A stretch of DNA of 64,000 bases from contig OZ037770.1 of assembly GCA_964035545.1 (NCBI GenBank), positions 13,692,642 to 13,756,641 of the forward strand, given 5' to 3'. Both the position numbers and the translations under genes were made by a program. Positions 1 to 12,500 of the stretch are shown in pieces. The first letter of the stretch is position 1; each line of letters begins with the position of its first letter. Source of the stretch: Bugula neritina (taxonomy: Eukaryota; Animalia; Bryozoa). The notes beneath the pieces are model-generated. The model was given only the letters and a program-made list of their open reading frames with translations. It did not search any database and was not told the DNA's origin.

Positions 1-598
1 AGTTGCAGCATTTAAATAATATTCGTGTATTTTCATGGATCTACGACTTTCTCCGCTCTGAGTTCGAGTGTGTGACAACGAGTCTAAATTAGAAGGACTT
101 CCTTCTCTTTTCTCCCACACGGGAGAGCTCGGCTCCACATAATCTAGACTTCCTTTCGAGCTGTAAGTCATAGGATCCTGAGAAGTGTGAACGAGCACCG
201 CTCCACTCCCGTGACTAGTATCACTGTTGACGGAGTTCTTACTAGTATGTCTGAGACTCAGTCCTCCGCCGTCGTGTAAATCTACAAGGTCACCAAATGT
301 CCTAGACCTTTGCTCTAACTCGGGTATCGTTAGCTTCTCGCAGTCGAGGTTCATAGAGTAGCGGTTGTCGTGGAGATTGAGTGAAGTGGCGGCCATGTTT
401 GAGTGCGTTCGCAAGTCAGTAGTGACTGAATGCCTTAGCCTGGGTTCTACTACAGAATGTCGTGTATGATCTATCACCGAGTGCCTCAGTCTAACCTCGG
501 TGTCTACTGGCTTATGTTTAGGAACTGCCATTTTCTTTACCGATTCTCTGATTATTATTCTCATATGTTTAAGGAAATCGTTTCTTTTTTCTACATTG
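1..598 (-). CDS. sif: SIF/TIAM C-terminal exon (end of second PH plus Ser-rich tail), open to window edge
   Basis: Acceptor after 599, phase matches the previous exon. Reads [23 protein letters not shown]...[12 protein letters not shown] with no stop before base 1. Confidence 0.85.
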
Positions 599-3500
599 CT
601 GTAAATAGAAATAAATAAATAAATTGATTTTCAATGAAATGCGTAGACATTACAAAACAACAAATGTTTTCAAATGAAGTTGCACTTCTAGCCAGTTACT
701 TGAGTATTACCTGCATGCCATGTGGTATATTTTCTCTGGGCGACTTTCGGAAGTAGACTTGAGATGAAGGATTTCCCATAATGCAACAGGACCCCCAGCG
801 TGTGTCGTGGGTAAAGTTCTGACCTGTATTTCAGTTACTGGGAGAAACTTGTGATAAATACATCCAGTGGTAGAAGCCGACTCCAAAAAACTATTTCTAT
901 TTGATGAGCTCTACAACATTAACAACAAAATAAATAATATGAAAAAATTATATCAACTATTACTATAATAAATTTATATCTCACATAATATACAGCACGG
1001 GTCAATACTCACTTTGTTCTTTCCGGGTTTCCCCTTGAGTTTTTCTTGACATAGTAAGACAACTCCGTGTTTGAATACAAATATTGTGGTGATGTGCTCC
1101 AACCCTTTCTTAGGCTTTGATACATCATCATAAGCATTCAACCATTCACCTTCTCCATAGTACTGTCAACGAATAATTCCGAGTTATTCTCCCAAATGAA
1201 CACTCATCAACAGGAGCCAACAACTCCAAGATTGGATAAATTTTTATGCAAATGAATGTTAATAAATGTATATTTCATTAGAAGCAGTATTTGGTGAGCA
1301 GATTATACAGCCAATAAGAAAGATGTTTCAATCTACCTGAAGATCACCAACATTGAGCTCTAATTTCTTCTTATCATTTGATTGGCTGCTGTGTTTCATA
1401 GAATGGCTTTTAGTGACTTCGTCAAATATGGACCCAAACTCTTCATATATCTTCTGCATCTCATTGATGTGTTCAGCCACTGACTCCATTGCCTTCAGGG
1501 CATCACTGGAAGAACAAGAGAGGTCATTGCAGACTACAGAGAGACAGTAATCTGACTAATTAATAGTTTTAGTCAGCCTTCCAGCAGTTTAATAATTTTA
1601 CTTACAATCCAGGCTTTGGTTTCACAGCTCTTAAAAACAAGTAAATAAACTTATAAGACTTGAAAACATTACTTACTAACCATCATGTTAGACATAATCA
1701 GGTTTTGAAACTTGAGTATAAATTTAAATGATTCAACAAAAGTTAGAACTCTAGTTTAAACCAAACAGTCTAAAATGTGTATGATTTAAATAGCACAGTA
1801 AACTTGAAAAGACTTGCAACAACTTGAGAAGAACTTACTTGAGGTGGTTGTATTCATTGCTGTTGGAATGAGTGAGACCTCGTAGTTGCTGCAGGAGAAG
1901 AGGGTATTTGAGGATCCGCTGAATGGGTTTGATGAGGTAGGACTCTAAAGTGGCGGAGTGCTGTTGTTTGGGGTTTCTGGCGTGGAGGAACTCGTAGAGC
2001 TCGGCGTTCTCCTCTGGACTCAGAACTTTCTGGGCTCTGGAGTGACTGGCGCAGAAGGACGAGTAGAGCTTGAAGTGGTTGGCGTAGAAGAGGAAGGAGC
2101 CGGCGATGGAGAATAGAACTTTCTAGAAAGAGCAGAACAAACTATTAAACAGGGGAAGACAATTGATAGGAATTTCACTACAAATATTTTAGTGCCAGTG
2201 ATTAACAAAGTAAACAAACAAACCAAAATATTTTCACCTGGCGCTCAATAGAGTTGCATTCACTGTTTTCAAGCCTTAGTCATGGCATTTTAAACTGTGT
2301 GTTAAAACAAACAAACAATGGGTATGAATGTATCTGCAATTAATGGTTTTCACAGCTAACAAAAGGGGAGAGACAAGGGAAGGGGTAATTAGCAGTAGAA
2401 CTGGTGATATTTGCATATATCTGCTCAGAGTAATGGATGCTTCCTGTAATAACAATGGCTAATTCTAATTGACAGATATTTTACATGTTTGTTTACGAGG
2501 TGGAGAATGCAGTCCTACACAAGAGTGGAGTAGAGAGAGAGGGTTATAGAGTGAATACTAACTGGTCAATAACATTCTCGGATAGAGTAATCTTGTTAGA
2601 GATCAGTGTCTAACACCAGGACCTCTACAGATGAGTGTCAGATTATGGAGAAGTAGATAACTGCAGTGTGATATTATCTGCAAGTAATTACAGCTTCCTA
2701 TGAAATGCTAAGCTACATGGCACCTGAGGATAAAGATAATTACCGCTAACAAGATATGCACCCATTTATAACACGGGTCACATGATCAGGTCACATGATA
2801 CACACAATTAGGTCACATGATTTACCTTAAACTCGCACGCACTAGAATACAGATGGAATGACTCATCATCGATGGATTCTTCTAGATTTTTGAGAAACTG
2901 TTTCTGGAAATGCACGATTTCCTGAATGTTGCCTACAAGCCGCACCACCTCCTCACTTGAGAGAAACGTCTCTTCCTTGAGGGGCTCCAGGTATCTGCAA
3001 GTAACACCACCCACAATAAGCATGCATTGCTTACATGGAACCAGGGCTAAGACTAGCCAACGCCCACTTGGCATTTCCTAACAGAAAGAGGCCTTACAAG
3101 GAGAATTGAGTAATTTACTATTTGTAACGAGGAGGCATACAAACAAATGCTGTTCTAAAAATAGATCTGATGAGTTTACACCGCCTGATGATATTTATGT
3201 AATGTAACACAATGTTGACATATGTCACAGTGTAATAGAGATGAGCAAATATAATACACTATTTAGATACTGTATATTATTCTGAGTAACGAATGCGCTA
3301 TATTAGTAGGTGGCTGAATAATCACAGCTTATTATAACAAAAATAATTACAGAATAATTTCACTTTTCCTGGCATTAACTAATAACAACACACACTTCTT
3401 ACTCACTGGCGTTATAAATGTTGTAAGAAGACGACAACTCCCAAACATTAGATAAAATTCTCTACTAATAATACTGGTGAGCCCAACAGTAACTATTCAA

Positions 3501-6500
3501 CACAACATGAATGTACCAAATATTTGTATATATAATATTATATTATTGTATATATTATATTAATTGCATTGACTCAGTAATAATAAAGATTTTAGAAGTC
3601 TTTTATATTGAAAAGCCTGTAATAATGAAAAGTAAACAATTCTTATTAAAATGTTTTGACTACCAACACCATTGAACTACAAATCCCCAATAACTAATAA
3701 GTTTTAGTTCATTGACCAACACCATAGCTAGCCACTACTTGAGGAAACTAAGGCTATACATTGAATAGGGAGTAGAAACTCAGACTACACATTGAATAGT
3801 GAGTAGAAACTCAGACTATACATTGAATAGGGAGTAGAAACTCAGACTACACATTGAATAGTGAGTAGAAACCTCTCTCTTTCTCCTGATAACTAGATTA
3901 TCTATAAGTAGCTTGAAGAACTAGAAATATTTCTCAATCTGTAATCAAGTGCCAATTATTGTAATGGGTGTGGAGTGTACTTAAGTGCAGCCCAGAATCT
4001 TAGCATTATGTCTCTGCTGTAGCCTGTGTTCTGTATTAAACTGAAACATGACAATACGGGTGGGGAGGGGGTAAGCCCGACATAATATCCCAATGTTGGC
4101 TCCCGGCTAAATAAACTTGCAGAGGAGCATAAGATTTACAAAACAAATAAGAAGACCCTGGGCCACAACCCAACTCCCAGCTTGACAGGAAATGAAGTCT
4201 GTGTGAGACGGGACAGCTGACAGGCGTACACTAGTTTGCTTAATACTGATAAAATTCCTTAACAGACTTTAGAAAGGAAGTGGTAAGCGGGCTACACACC
4301 TTTCCGTGACATCACACAAACTACACACATATCCATGACATAACACAAACTACACACATTTACATGACATCACGCAAACTACACACCTTTCCATGAGCAT
4401 AGACAAGTCCCGCACATAAGATTTCTCTGTGTTGATGAGTTCCAGGATGACCTTCCTGAGTTTCTGAGCGTCTGTGAGAGGTTGAATGGAGGGAGGGATG
4501 ATCGGCAAATCGTCTGTCAGCTTCTCATTGGCCATTCGACAGAAGTGGGTCACTTGCTCAGCCGTCTGCAAATATTCAGATTCAGACAAATGAAATAAAA
4601 AGCAGTAAAATCAATGCTGGAAATATTAAATGACTTTTTCAAGTGTGTATCACAACTTCTCAAATGATGTGTATGTATTGGCAGCTTCAGCTTTGTGTTT
4701 ATACTAATATTTTAATTATGTATTGATTACTTGTGAAAATCTGTTTAGGTTTAAAACCAACAACACACTAATATTCTATCGCTATGGAATATTTTCCAAT
4801 ATATTAGATACTATAATATATAATACGTAATATATAATACTACTCAGATACATTATGTAACTGCATGGAGAAATGAGGAAAAGCCTGCAGGGTTCTAAAT
4901 AAAAGCAGATATTTTCTTTCTAGAATTTTAACCTGTGCCCCAAACCAAAAATTTTAAAGAGAAAATTAAGCTATTGAAATTTCACTGTTACTGCAGCTAA
5001 ATGTTTTTATTAAAGACTAAATAGCTACATGAAGACAGCAAGGTAACAACTCCAACATAGTAACATTCATCTCTATTTTACGAGACTGTAGACAACAACT
5101 GTACTATTTTGGGAACCAAGTTGAAGTTAGCTGAAAAAATATTTGTATCTACTGGAATTTATTTATTTATTACATAACTAAACATTATGAATATATAATA
5201 AATCACAAATAAATTAAAATAGCATACTGAACAGTAATAATCAACATATAATACTATATAGATGTGAGTTCGCGGTATATTTGCTGCATATTGTAATATA
5301 AGCTAATGTAGGACTGAATAGGGTGAAACAACAATAACTGGTTGATTGTTGAAAACTGCAGAAGCTGTGACTGATAAGTGCACTGATTCACCCCCTCTCA
5401 GTATTCACTGCTCCAGGTAACACAATACCTGTCTCACAGCAGAAAAACAGCTCAACTACCTAGATAAACAACTCTTCGGCCCTAGGAACAGTGCAAGACA
5501 TAGACCAGTGTGAAGGGCCCCATTTCACCCCCTTTTCACGTACGGAGAACACAGCCTATGAGTGTAATTACTGAGCACAATGGAGTCATCCATCAGATAT
5601 CTGCTGCATAAAGAGACTGGTCCGTGTTGAGACCTCAACTTGGCCACTGAAAACACTTCTCAACCAAAATACAAAATAATTCTGGCAAACAAATTTACAA
5701 ACATACCTTTCCAAAAGGGAGATATTTCTGCTTGAACTTCATGTTTCTTATGACAATCAACAAAACACAAAACTGAGAATTCCAAGCAAAGTCTGTTGAA
5801 CTCCAGACAGTAAAATAATCCACCTCTCAGTGTGAACTAATATTTCAAAGGAAAGCAGATTTAAGTTTTAAGCAGAGTCGCACTGCAGTCGCAGCTTGTT
5901 CATTCAGCAATGCCTTCGCTATTATTTATTATCAGCCACGGTTCTGCTAAGCCCTGCCTACAACTACCTAACAAGCTCCGCCCACAACACCTATAATAGA
6001 CTGAGCGAAAGATTGGGTTGGAGTATTGTGAACACCCCGCAATGCATTAACGCTTAAGGGAGCTCAGCCTAGCAGCTTAACAGTAATCTGTCCATTAGCA
6101 CACATAGATTACACTATATCATTTGAGCAAACACTCTGGGACAACTTTTGGAGTAGACCAGTCAACACACAGTCCACCCAAAACACACAAACCCAGTTTA
6201 TTCTCTACTAAATTACGTAATGTCACACACAAAATGTATATTAATAGCAACTATTGTGTAAACGTCAGAGAAGACTCTTCAAATATCTGGTATTCGTGTG
6301 AGCAGAGCTTCAACTCCAAATATTTATGTAAACTATTGTAATTGTTAGAAAAGTATTGCAGTTGCTAGTAAAAGAAAATGTTGCCGTATATAAATAAAAA
6401 TACTACTATTTAAGTAGTGAAATGTAAAGCCTGGCTTTAAAATACAGTGTCTTTGGTTACTTGAAACCCTAAGAGTAATTCTAGGCATTGCAAAGCAAAT

Positions 6501-9500
6501 TATCAATTAAAATAATTGATTGTATTATTACTTCTATTATACCTCAGAATCTACGTAACTAATTTCTCCTAACTAAAGTAGGTTGCATAATATGTTTTAT
6601 TGTCATTCTTTCATTAAAAAAGATAACCATATTTGAACACTAGTAGTGATGGAATGTTATATCGTGTTTTCTTATATTTAAGTAAACAAGTTGTTACGTA
6701 GCTGAATATTTCACAACTTTACAACCTCGTATATCAATTTTCACAGCTATAGATGTTTTAGAGTAGAATTGGTTTACAAAAGCCGTCAACAATGGTTCTA
6801 AGATGGGTTTGACGATTTTATACGAGTACACTTCCCCGTTGGTGCACCAGTGTTACATTTCTTAAACTTTGAAATTGGAGCAGTGAAGACACTAGCAATA
6901 AACCTGATTAACAACATCTACTGGGTGGAAAACACAACCCTTTTTCAAACTATAAGTTTGGGAAAAACTTTTCTAGTTTCATTAGCATTATTACAAAATG
7001 GAACATCAAGTGTACCAGCAGCTACAACTATGAGAAATTCAAACTCAATTTCAATACCATATCATCACAGCATAGTTTAAACATAGTGGCCACAACTCCT
7101 AACCTGGTGGTTTAGTTACAGGACAAGACTGCATGGCATAACTATTATTTCAAGTGGAAACTCGGCCTTTAATTTATAAAAATTAGACACTTTGCAGTGA
7201 AAAGAAGTCAGGAGAAGGGAATACAAATCATGGTATAAATAAACACAGGATAAACAATAACTTATCAAGTTGCTAACAGTGTAAACATTTCCAACCGACT
7301 AAGCCACAACTTCTGCTATCTGAAGGTAAACACTGCTAGGAGATACTCTACAGGCTAGATACTCTCTCTTAGAGCCTAGATCCACCAAATGTGTTGTGTG
7401 CAGGTAGGGGGTAGTGAAGGAATTTATGTTTCCTCATCCCAAACCAAAATTTACTAAGAAAGTTAAAGCTTGAGCTATTATGATTTCTCCACTACAAATA
7501 TGTGAAGCATACAGCTCAACTATAATGCAGACAGGAGCACATCCTACAAACTCAAACTCAAACTCAGGAGTCAACATCAGTCAATCTAAGCTGGACGACA
7601 TCAAATAATCAGAATAACATTACATTGTGGAGAGGATATTGCATCACAATACCAGCAGAAACATGTGTCCAACAGATAGCTTTAGTGCACACAGCAAAAC
7701 AAGATAAATAAGACTTTCTGTGTCTAACTTCATCATAACTTAGCATAAAGTAAACTGAATAAATATAGCAAAGTTCCTATAGTATGAAGTTGGGTTGTAC
7801 CAAGCCGTCCCTCTAATACACTATACAGTTGGTATAGTTGGCTTACACAACTTATTAGAACTGATCAATATATTAATTAGTTGTTTATTCTAAACAGCAG
7901 ATGTGTAGCTTGCTATGAAATTAGCTTATACTAAGTACTGAAGATTTGTGTAAGCCTATATTTAATATTTTCAACACCAACTTATAGATTAACAAGAAGC
8001 TGCAGTTAACCTCTCCACACACAGGTGAAACTCAGTTTATAACAACACACCTGGATAACTTTTATATTACCTGTAGAATAATATTTGCCAACAACATGCT
8101 AATTCACTAAACATTGCAATAAACTCACAGAATATCTACGTCTGCAGGCCATAAACCTGGCCTCATAACATCAAAGAGAAAAACAAAAAGTGAACAACAG
8201 TGATCTACAGTTGATAAGAGAGTGAGAGGTTTGAAGTTTGATCTGACAACATGGGTGTTGGATTACAGTGACAGCTACACTCTGATGTCAAGCTTGATAG
8301 CTTTATTACTCAGTCCTTAATACTGTACTCAGAAGGGCTGCCTTAGCGGCAGCAGCTCATAACTGGGGCCTAATGCCGTCTGTAATGGGGTTCACGGGTC
8401 TCTAATCTACAGGCTGGCTTATATGCATCTTTCAATTATAATCTATTGTTGGGCAGAGATTAGCTCAACTTTGAAAAGCTTCACTACCTCAGAGTTAAAT
8501 GAATTTTCACACAATTACGTCTCAACAATGAGTCTACCTTATATATAAATTATCTCAAGGGTGATTTTAATATTATTCATGATGTCACTTTGGTAAAAGT
8601 TGGTTAAAACTATAATTTTTGGACGATATTGGAATTATCATATATAACTTTGATATTATCTATAATATAACTATTCACATTCACCGTATTCTAATACTAG
8701 TTTCGTTGCCTTAGAACATGATATAAATGTTACAATAACAAAACTTTATAACATACAGAAACATAAATATTCAAATATTAACTCACAATATGCTGGTACC
8801 ATCTTCCAAAACGTGAAGTTAAGCAATACCCTTACGTCATGACCGAAAGATACAACCCAACAATGCAATAACTTCCTGTAGTATATTAACTTACATGCAG
8901 AAAATCTTTGATGTCCGTGGCATTTTTCTCTCTCTCAGCCCGAGGTGTTAGTGAAATTTTTTCAGCCTCACTTTCCTCAGCAGAATTTTGGACTACAACA
9001 AAACAGGCATCAGCGTGAAAATCACGGAGTAACAGAAGTCAGCACGGCAGCAGAATGTGTTGAATGATGAGTTAGGAAACACAAAATAGCTATGTAATCA
9101 GAATGTGATGGGTATTATATAGCTGTAATTATTGAGTAGTTCATAACTACAGGAAGCATGGAATAACAAGCTATATAAAATATAAATATCTATACGTTAT
9201 ATACTGTTAATATGATGAGATGGGATATGTAATGTGCAGTTTATATGCATATTTGAATATAATATTAACATTAACACTGCTCTACAGCCAGCAATGCTCT
9301 ACAGTAGTCAGTGCATTGCTTTTGCTGGCGGGTGTCAGTGTAAGGTGAGTGCAGGTGCTCTAGGAGAAGGCACATGACAGCAACAGGTGCTTGCCATGTA
9401 TACAATGTACTTGAATACTGAACCAGATGACCAAACATGTTTCTAGTAAAAAACAAAAACAGAAAATATCTATTACTTTTTGCATATGCATGATATTAGC

Positions 9501-12500
9501 AAAATTCTAAAGTTATTGGAGCAAATAAAAAGTGTATTTGACATATTTCAGTGAAGTTTGGAGATGGGAGGGTCATGCATGCTGTCTGGCAGTAATCTAT
9601 GGAGACTCCTACGGCAGCAATCAATGGAGACAGGCACATGGCGAGTGACACAAGGCGCCTAATCTCTCCACGGTTGATACCCAAACACACAACCAATCTC
9701 CGTCAAAATGCCAGAAAAACAACAAACATTAGAAAGAAGGCGTGTGAAATAGCTCGGCTTATTTTCAAAATACAAAAAACTTTTCACTTGCTTGTGTAGA
9801 ATACAAAAAACTTTTCACTTGTTTGTGTACATGCAAAACAAAACACGTATTATTACAAAAAGGGAGGAATGTTAAATGAACTAATTTATGCTAATTGAAT
9901 TGAGTAATAATATATAACAATGGTAGTTGCTGCCGGTATGGGGAGACATGCTGCCTTCTGCTTGTGACCATTTACAATAGTGTATATGTTAAAATGTCAC
10001 TACACAATTTACTATGGCTGCTGTGTGTACTGTATTATTCACTTTAGTGTTAAAGTGACGTCAATTAGAAAGTCAACAACAAAAGAATTGCTTAATGTTA
10101 TGAGAGAATTGAATTGTATTAAACCTTGGGTCACAGAGCAAAATGCTAGAAACATATTCCTGGTGTTGAATTTATTTATATTATTTTAAAAATAAAAATT
10201 AAGTGACAAAGAAAAAAAAAGGAGCTCTCCGTGACGGGGAATCGAACCCCGGTCTCCCGCGTGACAGGCGGGGATACTTACCACTATACTATCACGGATT
10301 TGCTGAATAACAGTGTCTAATTATCAAAGTGATAGATGTTTCACAATATAAAACGGGCTCATCGCGATGGCTGTTGGTCAGAACCTTCTATTGATTGCAT
10401 AATTATCATTATCAACGAGCCCTTTACGTACAAAAATATATTATGTAATGCAATGATATCTTGGGTCGAGTTTAAATATATAATTCATAATATTAATATA
10501 GTGTTGATGAATAAAGAAAATTCTCCAGTAGGCTTTAATGGCTACTGCTATATTTGAAAATAAACTACGGCAATTTAATAAATGTGTTTATATGCATGAA
10601 AGATGAGATTTGTTGAATATTTAAATGCCCTTTTTAACAGAGCCACTAGTTGATAACAGCATTGAACGGAGAATGCAGCCAGACAAACTAATGCCCAGTT
10701 TATTTCTGAGTACTATACAATTACTTAAAATATTATAAAATTAGAATAATCTTGAAATTCTATAGTCGCAACTTTAGTTGGATTTACCTTGCTAATTATC
10801 AATAGGACTGGAGGGGAGACAACTCTAAACACAATGACAGTTGAGAACTATAGGCACTGTAAAACAATTGACTAACATGAAGGCCCAGACTTACTCCAGT
10901 TAGGGGCGGGTACGATGAGGTCCCCTATGATGGTGTCGCTGATCCTAGACTGAGAGGGGGGCGGGGGACACATCATATTATCAATATAACTGTCAGCATG
11001 GCTAGTCAGCTCTGTAGTCACGCTGTTGGGAGGTCTCGTCAGACGACAAGAGCGAACTGTTACGGAGACTCGAGTATCTCCCTCCAGTATAGCCTCTATG
11101 TGGTCCATGTCCAGCTCGGACACCACCTGCAAATGGACACAACTCTATAATGTAGTGTCAAAACCTCAAGCAAGTTTATAGTCCCTGGTGAAAAGAGTAT
11201 TTTAGGACTAATTCAGATGAGGCACAGGAACAATTATGACTGAATGCTCTTCCTAACATCGAGGCTAGTGTTTGGAATTAAATTGCTGACCCCGTGTTTA
11301 CTAGGTCAGCACCGCTCCCTATAATTTGATTGCTTTTAATTTCGCAGTACAGTTTCACAACTGGCATACAAAGTTACTACTGCCTGTAGCAGATTTCAAC
11401 ACACAAGCAGGTGCTACAAGGTGCCAGAGCATATGCTGCAGACACACACCTCCATCTAGGACATGTCAATGATATTAACATAACACATCAAAGGCATAAA
11501 TAACATAGCAGATGTCAACACAAACTACTGCAGAATGCTTAAAGAGTAGACAACTCTAAAAGCTATATTGCAGACTCAAAAGAGTATAATGTATCAGCAA
11601 ACATGGAGTTTGAAACTTCAAAAGAAGTTCCTGCCAATATAGTTAATGTATTGCAGATAATTCCTACAACAGGAAACTGTGGCATAGACTCAGGACCCAC
11701 CTGGCCATTGATAGTGAGCAGTTCATCGCCGGGTACAATACCCGCCCGACTCGTAGGACTGTCGTCAGTCACCACGTCTACAAATACTTGCAGCATGTCC
11801 TCAGTCTCCGCGTCGTCTGCTAACTCCGCCTCCACCTCCATACCGAATAATTCACCAGGTTCTCGAGCTATGTCCACTAGGAACACAGTCTTGACACAGA
11901 CCTCCACTCTGTCGTACTCCTACAATGCCACACCGAGACATTACCACGGCAACAGGATAGCAAAGTGTAAACAGCTACGGTTGCTAAACCCTATTCCTAT
12001 TACTCAATCAAACTGTAAGCTCATACAAACCTTGCACGTAAAAGAAAATGAAAAAATAAAATTTCTAAAGGGTTTTAGACGTAGTTCCAGAAAATTTCCA
12101 AAAACAGCTCAAAGAGAGCCAACAGTCTATAAGGGAGATAAGTAGCCACACGATGTTTTACTAGCAGATAGGGAGGGAAGGTGAGGAGTGAATCAGTTAG
12201 TTTGGTTAGAGTAACTAGCTTGTGGTGAAAGTAAGACAGCAGAGTTGTGTTATCATGTCTGTATTATAGTTTATAGTAATCAAAGGTAGCACTGAATACA
12301 GTGTATAACGACAGTGTCATAGTATCACTCACAGGAGTTGTGACTTCATAACTTTTTGAGAATTTCACTAGCAATTCTACTCTGGCATTTGCATCAAAAA
12401 TAAAAAAGTATTTGCATGGAAAAGATAGTTGTAGCTCAAAAGTGACAATCATACAACTGGTTGAGAAAACATCAAATCACATGTTTCCTGTTGAAACGAA

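Noticed and set aside
2020-2226. Ser/Pro-rich 68-aa ORF
   Set aside because: Wrong frame of the SIF DH exon 1839-2122.
4020-4120. Possible 3' end of a non-LTR retroelement (GGGTGGGGAGGGGGTAAGCCCGACA...AATAAAC)
   Set aside because: Single short fragment, no second copy or ORF in the window; needs RepeatMasker or BLAST.
9480-9800. GC-richer patch with overlapping short ORFs in a SIF intron
   Set aside because: I found no phase-compatible splice sites or recognisable protein; it could be regulatory but that is unsupported.
11603-12145. 180-aa plus-strand ORF
   Set aside because: Largely the antisense of the SIF PDZ exon; no recognisable domain.
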